Below are positions 56,258 through 64,000 of a stretch of DNA of 64,000 bases, piece after piece. Position numbers and translations under genes: made by a program. Source of the DNA: Acidobacteriota bacterium (lineage in GTDB: Bacteria; Acidobacteriota; UBA6911); NCBI GenBank assembly GCA_016934295.1, contig JAFGTD010000082.1, positions 72 through 64,071 on the forward strand. The letters are read 5' to 3'. Within the stretch, counting starts at the first letter, position 1. Every line of letters begins with the position of its first letter. Below the pieces are notes generated by a model. It ran no database searches and was not told where the DNA came from. It worked only from the letters and a program-made list of their open reading frames with translations.

Positions 56258-58375
56258 ATGAAATGTAGTTACATATATCCCATGAGATGTCTGCTCCTGT
56301 GCCTGAGTTTCTTTATGGTGTGCACAAACGTTTCCGCCCAAAACGAACTCCCGGAAATTTCAACGCCTATCAATCTCGATGAAGCTTTACAGGAGCCTCT
56401 CCCTACCGACATGGCAGCCAGCTATTATTATTTTGCGCTTGCAAAATTGAATGAAGGGCAGGGGAACCTGGCAGAAGCGTTGTCGCTGATGAAAAAAGCG
56501 CTGAATTTCAATCGGGAAAGCACCACGGTTCACCTTGAAATGGCGACACTGTTGGAAAAAAACCGAAATCTTCGGGAAGCGATCGAATATGCTCGGAAAG
56601 CATCGCTTCTCGATCCTGAAGATCCGGAACCGCACTGGGTACTCGCCAATATTTATTTCAGAATGCGGAATGTGATGGCTCCTGACGAAGATGGATTGCA
56701 AAAAGCGGTCCGGGAATTGGAAAAGTGCCGGGAACTTAACCCTCAAGACGAACGCGTCTATTACGCTCTGGGGGGGGCTTACTTCGAGTTGAATCGACCT
56801 GAAGAAGCGATCCGGGCATACGAGGAATTTCAAAAAATCTACAAAGGCACCGACAGCGGCTATCGAGAGATCGGCAAGTATTACCTGGGAAAAAACAACC
56901 ATGAAAAGGCCATCGAATATCTTAAAAAAGCAATAGAAATACAACCGGAATCAGTCGAAAGCCTTTATCTTCTGGGGGATGTTTATACACAGCTCCGTCG
57001 GATAAGAGAGGCTATTCCGGTATACAGGACACTGGCCGGGATAGCCAGAAACAACCTAAACGTCAAAAAACAGCTGGCGTTTTTTCTTATAGAAACCGGG
57101 GATTTTGAAGAGGCGGTCGACCTCCTGAATCCCATAGTGCAGGAGGATCCCGAAAATTTCGAGTGCATGCTGCTTCTTGGCCAAGCTCAAATCGGAATGC
57201 AGGAATACACCAAAGCTATAGACACGCTTCAATCGATCCGGGCAAAGAATCCGGATTTCAATCTGAATGCGCATTTTTACCTCGGAGTCGCCTATAAAAA
57301 CAACGGCGATCACGCCAAAGCCATAGAAATATTCAGGGACCTGTTGGACAAGATCCCTCCCGGTTCGAAAGCAGATCAAGATTACCGACTTCCCATTCAG
57401 CACCAACTGGCTTTAAATTACCTGGAAACAGGCGAGTATGGAAAAAGCATAGAACTGTATCGTGAAATGGTTCCCAGGGATCCGCGGCTGAATCTCGAAC
57501 TTATGAACGCTTACCGTCTGAACCGCGAATTTGATGCAGCGCTCGAGATAGGGAAACAGGAGTATGAGAAAAATCCGGACAACCTTCGAATAGGAATCCT
57601 TTATGCCCGCGCTCTTGCCGACGCCGGGAAAACGGATGGTGGAGCCGAAGTCCTGAACGGGTTGATGGAATCCGATCCTTCGAATATCGATCTTTACATT
57701 CATCTGTGCCAGATATATATGCAGGGCAAGCGCTATTCCGAAGCGGAAGAGGCTATACAGCGGGCGAGACGAACCGTGCCTGAAGGCGAAGAAACAGAGA
57801 AGCAGTTGGAATTTCAGTTAGCCGTGGTCTATGAAATTCAGAAGGATTACGACCGCGCCGAATCCCTGTTAAAGGAGATCCTCGAAGCAGATCCCGACAA
57901 CACGGAAGCAAAATACCGGCTGGCGGCCGTTTATGAACGAAAGAAGGATTATGACCGCGCCGAATCCCTTTTTAAGGAAGTGATCCGGGCAAATCCCGGA
58001 AATGCCGGAGCCCTGAATTATTTTGGATATATGCTCGCAGACCGCGGCATAAGGCTCGAAGAGGCAGTCCGTTACGTTCAGGAGGCGCTGGCTATCGATC
58101 CTGATAACGGGGCGTATCTGGATTCACTCGGTTGGGCTTACTTCAAACTGAACGATTTTGAAAATGCAGAAAAATATCTTTTACAGGCAGACCGATATGT
58201 TAAGGATGATCCTGTAATTTACGATCATCTGGGAGATTTCTATTATAAAACCGGCGACCTGAAAAAAGCGCGCGATTACTGGAATCAATCCATCCAAATC
58301 GGCACAGAACCGGAAGAAATCCGGAAGATTCGCAGGAAACTGGACATGCTTCAACAAAGAGAGCAAGCAGAGTGA
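56258..58375 (+). CDS. Exported TPR-repeat protein
   Basis: Many TPR repeats; ALNYFGYMLAD...YLDSLGWAYFK C-terminal signature. Confidence 0.9.
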   Translation: MKCSYIYPMRCLLLCLSFFMVCTNVSAQNELPEISTPINLDEALQEPLPTDMAASYYYFALAKLNEGQGNLAEALSLMKKALNFNRESTTVHLEMATLLEKNRNLREAIEYARKASLLDPEDPEPHWVLANIYFRMRNVMAPDEDGLQKAVRELEKCRELNPQDERVYYALGGAYFELNRPEEAIRAYEEFQKIYKGTDSGYREIGKYYLGKNNHEKAIEYLKKAIEIQPESVESLYLLGDVYTQLRRIREAIPVYRTLAGIARNNLNVKKQLAFFLIETGDFEEAVDLLNPIVQEDPENFECMLLLGQAQIGMQEYTKAIDTLQSIRAKNPDFNLNAHFYLGVAYKNNGDHAKAIEIFRDLLDKIPPGSKADQDYRLPIQHQLALNYLETGEYGKSIELYREMVPRDPRLNLELMNAYRLNREFDAALEIGKQEYEKNPDNLRIGILYARALADAGKTDGGAEVLNGLMESDPSNIDLYIHLCQIYMQGKRYSEAEEAIQRARRTVPEGEETEKQLEFQLAVVYEIQKDYDRAESLLKEILEADPDNTEAKYRLAAVYERKKDYDRAESLFKEVIRANPGNAGALNYFGYMLADRGIRLEEAVRYVQEALAIDPDNGAYLDSLGWAYFKLNDFENAEKYLLQADRYVKDDPVIYDHLGDFYYKTGDLKKARDYWNQSIQIGTEPEEIRKIRRKLDMLQQREQAE

Positions 58376-59259
58376 GGGAACTGCAGATCCGGATTCAGTC
58401 CTTTGCCAAAATCAATTTATCACTGGCCGTCCTGGGCAGGCGCCCGGACGGATATCACAATATACAGACAATCTTTCAGAGTATCAGTCTTTACGACGAG
58501 CTGGAGTTCCGGATATCCGATAGACTGGAGCTGCGGTGCGAAAACCTGCCCGGCGTTCCGCAGAAAGACAATCTGATATGGAAAGCCGCCAAAATGCTGG
58601 CCGATGCTGTTCCTGCCAGACGCGGTGCGTCCATTCTCCTTAAAAAAAAGATTCCTTCGGGCGCAGGCCTCGGCGGAGGAAGCAGCAACGCCGCGGCCAC
58701 CCTCCTGGGGCTTTGCCGGTTGTGGAGGATCCGCCGCTCCGAAATCGATTTGGAGCCGATGGCCGCCGAACTTGGCTCGGACGTGCCTTTCTTTCTCAGC
58801 GGCGGTACGGCGCTGGGATCCGGAAGGGGCGAAAAGATTCACCCTCTCCCGGATCCGCAGACGCTGCACCTGGTTGTAATATTCCCCGGGGTACAGGTTT
58901 CCACCGTCGAAGCCTATCAATCCCTGAATTTAGGATTGACTTCTGCGACTGAGGACAATAAAATTTATCGTTTCTGTGGTCAGTTGAAAGAGAATAAAAG
59001 TTTCCTGGCCGAGATCTTTAATGATTTTGAGGCTTCGATCCTCCCTGCCTACCCGCCCATCCTGCAAGCCAAGGATTTTCTGAGGCAACAGGGTGCTGCG
59101 GTTGCTTTATTGTCGGGCAGTGGATCCGCTGTCTTCGGATTCTTCAATGATGAGGAATCAGCACTCGCGGCTTCTCGCGCTAAAGCGCGGGAAACATGGC
59201 GGGTGTTTCCGGCGAGGACCCTGTCACGTACTGAGTATTTCCAAAGCATGTTTGGGTAA
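58372..59259 (+). CDS. ispE: 4-diphosphocytidyl-2C-methyl-D-erythritol kinase
   Basis: AKINLSL, DGYHNIQT, IPSGAGLGGGSSNAA, LSGSGS. Confidence 0.97.
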   Translation: MRELQIRIQSFAKINLSLAVLGRRPDGYHNIQTIFQSISLYDELEFRISDRLELRCENLPGVPQKDNLIWKAAKMLADAVPARRGASILLKKKIPSGAGLGGGSSNAAATLLGLCRLWRIRRSEIDLEPMAAELGSDVPFFLSGGTALGSGRGEKIHPLPDPQTLHLVVIFPGVQVSTVEAYQSLNLGLTSATEDNKIYRFCGQLKENKSFLAEIFNDFEASILPAYPPILQAKDFLRQQGAAVALLSGSGSAVFGFFNDEESALAASRAKARETWRVFPARTLSRTEYFQSMFG

Positions 59260-59371
59260 ACGCCGGCTTTCATAGCGAATCGCAGGAATCTGCCTGCGCC
59301 GGCCAGCATTTCACGCAGGGCTTTATGATGGAAACAGAAAGCCTGTTCCGAATGCTGGATGGATGTACTGC

Positions 59372-59446
59372 TGGGGCGTCGTCAAGCGGTAAGACACAGG
59401 TCTTTGGAACCTGCATTCGGAGGTTCGAATCCTCCCGCCCCAGCCA
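59372..59446 (+). tRNA. tRNA-Gln (UUG)
   Basis: TGGGGCG...CGCCCCA-GCCA acceptor; anticodon arm CAGGT-CTTTGGA-ACCTG; GGTTCGAATCC T-arm; usual ispE-tRNA-Gln-prs position. Confidence 0.97.
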
Positions 59447-59476
59447 TACCGCAGAATTCCCAGGAGTGGACAAATA

Positions 59477-60436
59477 ATGAGCGCTGGACGAAAGAAACTT
59501 AATACGAATTTAAAAATATTTTCCGGAAACGCGCATCCGTCTTTAGCGAAACAGATCTGCGACCACATGGGCATTCCCTTAGGGAAAATAAACCTGAGCG
59601 TTTTCAGCGACGGGGAGCTTTACTGTCAGATAATGGAAAATGTCCGCGGTAAAGACGTCTTTATCATCCAGCCGACGTGTTCTCCCGTAAACAGCAACCT
59701 TATGGAACTGCTGGTAATGATCGACGCCTTCAAACGATCCTCCGCTTCCCGCATAACTTCGGTAATTCCCTATTACGGGTATGGGAGACAGGATAGAAAA
59801 GACAAGCCCCGGGTACCGATCTCGTCCAAACTGGTCGCGGATCTTCTCACTGCCGCCGGAACCGACAGGATCCTGACAATGGATCTGCATGCCGGCCAGA
59901 TTCAGGGCTTCTTCGATATCCCCGTGGACCATCTGTTTGCGGCTCCGGTCCTGATTGAATACTGGAAGCAACAGAATATCCAGGACCTGACCGTAGTTTC
60001 ACCCGATGCGGGAGGCGTGGAACGGGCGAGGGCATTTGCCAAACGACTCAACGCTGATCTGGCCATCGTGGACAAACGCCGCACAAAACCTAATGAGGCT
60101 GAAATTCTTCATGTGATCGGCAAGGTCAGCGGAAGAAACACCATCATCTGCGACGATATGATCGATACCGCAGGAACGCTTGTAAATACCGCAAAGGCTC
60201 TCCGGAGGAAAAAGGCAAAAAGGATTTTCGCCTGCGCAACCCACGGAGTCCTGAGCGGGCCGGCACTCGAAAGACTGCGAAAATCCCCCGTAGAAGAAAT
60301 CATACTCACCAATACGGTCCCGCTGGACGGATCGAAAACATTATCGAACATGACCGTCTTGAGTGTTGCCGGATTGCTGGGCAAAGCAATTCAAAGTATT
60401 CACGAAGAAACGAGTGTCAGTAATCTTTTTGTTTAG
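59477..60436 (+). CDS. prs: Ribose-phosphate pyrophosphokinase
   Basis: FSDGE, YGRQDRK, DLHAGQIQGFF, VSPDAGG, DDMIDTAGT. Confidence 0.98.
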   Translation: MSAGRKKLNTNLKIFSGNAHPSLAKQICDHMGIPLGKINLSVFSDGELYCQIMENVRGKDVFIIQPTCSPVNSNLMELLVMIDAFKRSSASRITSVIPYYGYGRQDRKDKPRVPISSKLVADLLTAAGTDRILTMDLHAGQIQGFFDIPVDHLFAAPVLIEYWKQQNIQDLTVVSPDAGGVERARAFAKRLNADLAIVDKRRTKPNEAEILHVIGKVSGRNTIICDDMIDTAGTLVNTAKALRRKKAKRIFACATHGVLSGPALERLRKSPVEEIILTNTVPLDGSKTLSNMTVLSVAGLLGKAIQSIHEETSVSNLFV

Positions 60437-60528
60437 AGTTCTGAGTCATCGAGCTTTAGAGTCAAAGCGGCATGAAAACCGCGAATATTTCAGGACTTGA
60501 AAGCTCCCCCAGGAAGGAGTTGGGTTTC

Positions 60529-61200
60529 ATGCCAACAACAGTTATCGAAGCTCAAATGCGTACCCCGGGCGGGAAAAACGTCAACAGGAGGCTCCGCAAG
60601 TCGGGCATTATTCCCGCTGTAATATACGGCCCGAAGAAACAGCCGATGGCGATTTCCGTGGATCCTCTAATAATCCAGGGCATTCTCCATTCGGAAACGG
60701 GACACAACACGATTTTCACATTGGACGTAGACGGATCCAAACAAAACAATGCCATGGTGAAGGACTATCAACTGGATCCGGTCCAGGGCGACCTGATCCA
60801 TGTGGATTTCATCCAGATTGCCATGGATCGTCGGCTGGAATTGAGCGTTAATATTGAACTCGTCGGTGAACCCGAAGGCGTAAAGATCGAAGGCGGCATC
60901 ATGGATTTTGTCACTCGATCCATTGAAGTCGAGTGTCTGCCTTCGGATATTCCGGAATCGATAAAGGTGGATGTCAGCCCGTTGAAAATAAACGACTACA
61001 TCCGAGTGAAAAACATTGAGATGGATTCTAAAGTAAAAATACTATCCGATCCTGACGTTGTTGTTGTAACCATCATTCCGCCGGTGAAGGAAGAAGAGCC
61101 TGCAGTCGAAGAGGAAGCGGCGGCTGAAACCGAAGAACCTGAAGTCATCAAAAAGGGCAAAGCCGCCGAGGAGGGCGAAGAGGAAGAAAAGGAATCCTGA
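60529..61200 (+). CDS. rplY: 50S ribosomal protein L25/general stress protein Ctc
   Basis: RRLRKSGIIPAVIYG, IHVDF, PEGVKIEGG. Confidence 0.95.
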   Translation: MPTTVIEAQMRTPGGKNVNRRLRKSGIIPAVIYGPKKQPMAISVDPLIIQGILHSETGHNTIFTLDVDGSKQNNAMVKDYQLDPVQGDLIHVDFIQIAMDRRLELSVNIELVGEPEGVKIEGGIMDFVTRSIEVECLPSDIPESIKVDVSPLKINDYIRVKNIEMDSKVKILSDPDVVVVTIIPPVKEEEPAVEEEAAAETEEPEVIKKGKAAEEGEEEEKES

Positions 61201-61354
61201 TCCGCTTTTCCCTGCAGGGTTTCGTGCAAGCGAAGCACCCGGGCAGGATGCGGCCTGATTTTTACCCGCATCCTCCATATATCGCCGTCACAAAATGCGG
61301 ATACATTAAAAGGAGGATCAGCAGCAACCATTTATTTCAGGATATCGCCCCCCA

Positions 61355-61948
61355 ATGTCAGACGCGCGTGAACCGGATACGGAAGATCTCGACAAAATCA
61401 TTGTCGGGCTGGGCAATCCCGGGCAACGGTACCGGGCGAGCAGGCACAACGTCGGGTTCATGGTTGCAGACGCCCTGGCACGGCAAGCGGACGGTACGTG
61501 GGCGGCCCATCTGGCATCCCGTGTCTGCAAAGTCGAAATCTCAGGGCACCCGGCGCTCCTGGTAAAGCCGTTGACATATATGAATCGAAGTGGAGAGGCG
61601 GTCCATGCTCTTATGGCCGCCCTTAGACGGAGCCCCGAGAATCTTATATTGGTTTATGACGACCTTGATCTGCCTTTAGGCCGTATTCGTATTCGCGAGA
61701 GGGGATCTGCGGGAGGGCATCGTGGGCTCGAGTCCATCCTCGAAGTATTTGGCACTGAAGAAATTATGCGTGTGCGCCTGGGAATAGGCGAAGAACAAAT
61801 GCCGGATGACAAGATAGATTTTGTTTTATCGGATTTCCCTCCGGAAAAACGGATAGAGCTGGATGAAATGATCATCAAAGCCGGGGATGCCGTGAAATCG
61901 ATACTAAGCAACGGCGTTTCCCAATCAATGACGATATTTAATGCATGA
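61355..61948 (+). CDS. pth: Peptidyl-tRNA hydrolase
   Basis: VGLGNPG, RHNVGF, KPLTYMNRSG, YDDLDLP, GGHRG. Confidence 0.96.
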   Translation: MSDAREPDTEDLDKIIVGLGNPGQRYRASRHNVGFMVADALARQADGTWAAHLASRVCKVEISGHPALLVKPLTYMNRSGEAVHALMAALRRSPENLILVYDDLDLPLGRIRIRERGSAGGHRGLESILEVFGTEEIMRVRLGIGEEQMPDDKIDFVLSDFPPEKRIELDEMIIKAGDAVKSILSNGVSQSMTIFNA

Positions 61949-61966
61949 CGCAGTTAGGAGAAAACC

Positions 61967-62368
61967 GTGAGAAATTACGAAGTGGTTTTTGTTGCCGCTC
62001 CCACTTTAGCCAGCGAGGAGCTGGAAGGCTTTATTAATCACATCCAGACCGTAGTTGAGAGCAAAAACGGCAAAGTGGTCAAGGTTGACAACTGGGGGAA
62101 AAAATCCTTAGCTTACAAAATCAAGCGCTTTCGGGAAGGATATTACGTGGTCCTGAACATTGAGGGCGACGGCAGCACCATTGCGGAACTGGAACGCCGA
62201 TTCAGGGTAACAGATTATATTATTCGCTATATTTCGGTACGCATCGATGAAGATCTCAAACGTTCTGAAAAGATAAAAACGGCGAGACAGAGAAAGGCAG
62301 CCACTAAGGCTCCTGCAGAACCTGTACACGATGTCGAACCGGAACAGGAGCCCTCACCCGAGCCCTAG
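61967..62368 (+). CDS. rpsF: 30S ribosomal protein S6
   Basis: MRNYE, WGKKSLAYKI, EGYY. Confidence 0.97.
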   Translation: MRNYEVVFVAAPTLASEELEGFINHIQTVVESKNGKVVKVDNWGKKSLAYKIKRFREGYYVVLNIEGDGSTIAELERRFRVTDYIIRYISVRIDEDLKRSEKIKTARQRKAATKAPAEPVHDVEPEQEPSPEP

Positions 62369-62428
62369 ATTTATAAAGGATTAGAATTGCTGTTTTCAGA
62401 TTTTTCCATGTAGAAAGGCTAAATAATC

Positions 62429-62662
62429 ATGCCAGGTCCAAAACGGTTCAGTGTTCGGCGCAAGAGAGTCTGTAAATTCTGCGCTGAAAAAATAACCTAT
62501 ATCGATTACAAGGACGGGAAGCTACTCGGCCATTTTATCCCCGAACGAGGGAAGATACTGCCCAGGCGGATCAGTGGAGTCTGCTCGACGCATCAGCGAT
62601 TGCTTGCGGAGGCCATAAAGCGGGCCAGACACATTGCCATCCTTCCTTTCGTTTCTGATTGA
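62429..62662 (+). CDS. rpsR: 30S ribosomal protein S18
   Basis: [22 protein letters not shown]. Confidence 0.97.
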   Translation: MPGPKRFSVRRKRVCKFCAEKITYIDYKDGKLLGHFIPERGKILPRRISGVCSTHQRLLAEAIKRARHIAILPFVSD

Positions 62663-62684
62663 CACTTTATTCCAGAGGGTAAAC

Positions 62685-63185
62685 ATGAAGGTCATATTAA
62701 AGCAGGATGTTGAAAAACTGGGCAAAGCAGGCGATATTGTGAAGGTAACCCCCGGATACGGGCGGAATTATCTGATTCCCCGACATATCGCGACGGAAGC
62801 AACACCCGGAAACATTAAAATTGTTGAGCAGGAAAGACGTGCGCAGGCAAAACGCGACTTCCGTGAAAAAGAGGCCGCGACTATACTGGCCCAGGACATC
62901 GTCAAGCTGACGCCCACTATCAAGCGTAAAACCGGAGAAGGCGGTTCGCTGTACGGATCCGTTACCGCGATGGATATCGCGGAATTTCTGGTCGCCCATA
63001 AAGTCGACATTGACAAGCGCAAAATCCAGCTGGATGAGCCCATCAAAACGGTCGGAGAATACCAGGTGCCTATTCGCCTGCATCGTGAAGTCACAGTGCC
63101 CATAAAAGTAATCGTGGAATCGGAATCCGAGCCGGAAGCTGAATCCAAATCCGAAGCTGAATCCAAATCCGAAGACGCTTCTTAA
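62685..63185 (+). CDS. rplI: 50S ribosomal protein L9
   Basis: MKVIL, LGKAGDIVKVTPGYGRNYLIP, LYGSVT. Confidence 0.97.
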   Translation: MKVILKQDVEKLGKAGDIVKVTPGYGRNYLIPRHIATEATPGNIKIVEQERRAQAKRDFREKEAATILAQDIVKLTPTIKRKTGEGGSLYGSVTAMDIAEFLVAHKVDIDKRKIQLDEPIKTVGEYQVPIRLHREVTVPIKVIVESESEPEAESKSEAESKSEDAS

Positions 63186-63280
63186 ATTACGAATAACGGG
63201 TGCTGCATCGTTGAAATTTAATGGATGCATCACCCATCGTACATCTTACCTACTTTTACGTTCTTGACCCGTCATTCGAA

Positions 63281-64000
63281 ATGGCCGATATAAGCCTGGA
63301 AAAAATCCTTCCCAATAATCTGGAAGCGGAACGCTCCATTTTAGGAGCGGTTCTGCTCGATGACAGCGCCTCTCTCGCGGTTTTCGAAAATCTCAAACCT
63401 CAGGACTTTTACCTGGAAAGTCACCGGCGCATATTCGAGAAGATGATTCAGCTTATGAATAATTCCAGACCTATCGATCTGGTAACGCTGAAGGAGGAAC
63501 TCCAGAAGGCCAACGAACTCGAGAGCGTCGGAGGTGCCGCCTATCTCACAAGTCTTACCGACGGCCTTCCCAGGGTCATGAATATCGAGCACTACGCCCA
63601 GATCGTGAGAGAAAAGTCCACCCTGCGGCGATTAATACAAATTTCCAACGAAACGATGGCACGCAGCTATCAGGACGAAGAATCGGCACAGGAAATATTG
63701 CAGCATATTGAGAGGGCGGTATTTGACATCGCCAACCAGCAGTTTCGTACGGGTTTTATTCCAATCGTTCCCATCGTCAGCGAAGTTTTTAAAGAAATCG
63801 AGGAATTATCCAACAGAAAGGCTCCCGTTACAGGCCTGGAAACGGGATTTACCGATCTCGACCGCATGCTTGCCGGGCTGCATCCCTCCGACCTCATCAT
63901 TGTCGCGGCACGCCCCGGTCTCGGAAAAACCAGTCTCTGCCTCAACGTTGCGGAACATATCGCAATAAGACAGCATAAAACCGTGGGTATTTTCAGCCTC
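63281..64000 (+). CDS. dnaB: Replicative DNA helicase DnaB (partial; runs off the window end)
   Basis: ATG 63281; PNNLEAERSILG, DFYLESHRRIF, TGLETGFTDLD...LHPSDLIIVAARPGLGKT; not in the ORF track because no stop lies inside the window. Confidence 0.95.
   Translation, partial: MADISLEKILPNNLEAERSILGAVLLDDSASLAVFENLKPQDFYLESHRRIFEKMIQLMNNSRPIDLVTLKEELQKANELESVGGAAYLTSLTDGLPRVMNIEHYAQIVREKSTLRRLIQISNETMARSYQDEESAQEILQHIERAVFDIANQQFRTGFIPIVPIVSEVFKEIEELSNRKAPVTGLETGFTDLDRMLAGLHPSDLIIVAARPGLGKTSLCLNVAEHIAIRQHKTVGIFSL

Noticed and set aside
59372-59446. tRNA-Gln as an integration site for an island
   Set aside because: No duplicated tRNA 3' end or integrase in the window; flanking ispE and prs are in their usual positions
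63138-63178. 18-bp tandem repeat at the rplI 3' end (EAESKS x2)
   Set aside because: In-frame low-complexity tail expansion with no sign of special function
4460-63233. Numerous long antisense or overlapping ORFs in the track (e.g. 5018..5791, 11553..12323, 17265..18185, 19236..20369, 37284..38105, 39217..40035, 53252..53980)
   Set aside because: They shadow well-supported genes on the opposite strand or frame and carry no recognisable motifs; expected in GC-rich coding DNA
63281-64000. Intein in dnaB
   Set aside because: The visible part is colinear with DnaB up to just past Walker A; later insertion sites lie outside the window

Overview
A 64 kb bacterial chromosomal window. Gene content and order (rpmE-DUF1385-prfA-prmC-murA-HIT; rimP-nusA-infB-DUF503-rbfA-truB; ispE-tRNA-Gln-prs-rplY-pth-rpsF-rpsR-rplI-dnaB; BlaI plus M56-TonB fusion) suggest an anaerobic Acidobacteriota-like organism (inference; no rRNA present). 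Bases 1-4.4 kb are decayed accessory DNA: IS66 and IS91-like remnants, an IS200/IS605-like end, a cut-out piece of an nrfC-nrfD-multiheme cytochrome operon and a truncated AAA ATPase. Bases 17-31 kb are the main accessory region: a three-gene corrinoid methyltransferase operon, a TAT-less reductive dehalogenase-like gene, and, divergent from it, a BlaI repressor with an unusual BlaR1(M56)-secretin-N0-TonB-TonB fusion sensor. The rest is mostly housekeeping: glycogen genes, a second RpoD-like sigma factor, a Gld-like ABC system and translation genes. Intergenic DNA carries a REP-like palindrome family (two copies with a nested insert) and several 7-nt-period tandem arrays. All family assignments come from motif recognition by eye; no database searches were run.
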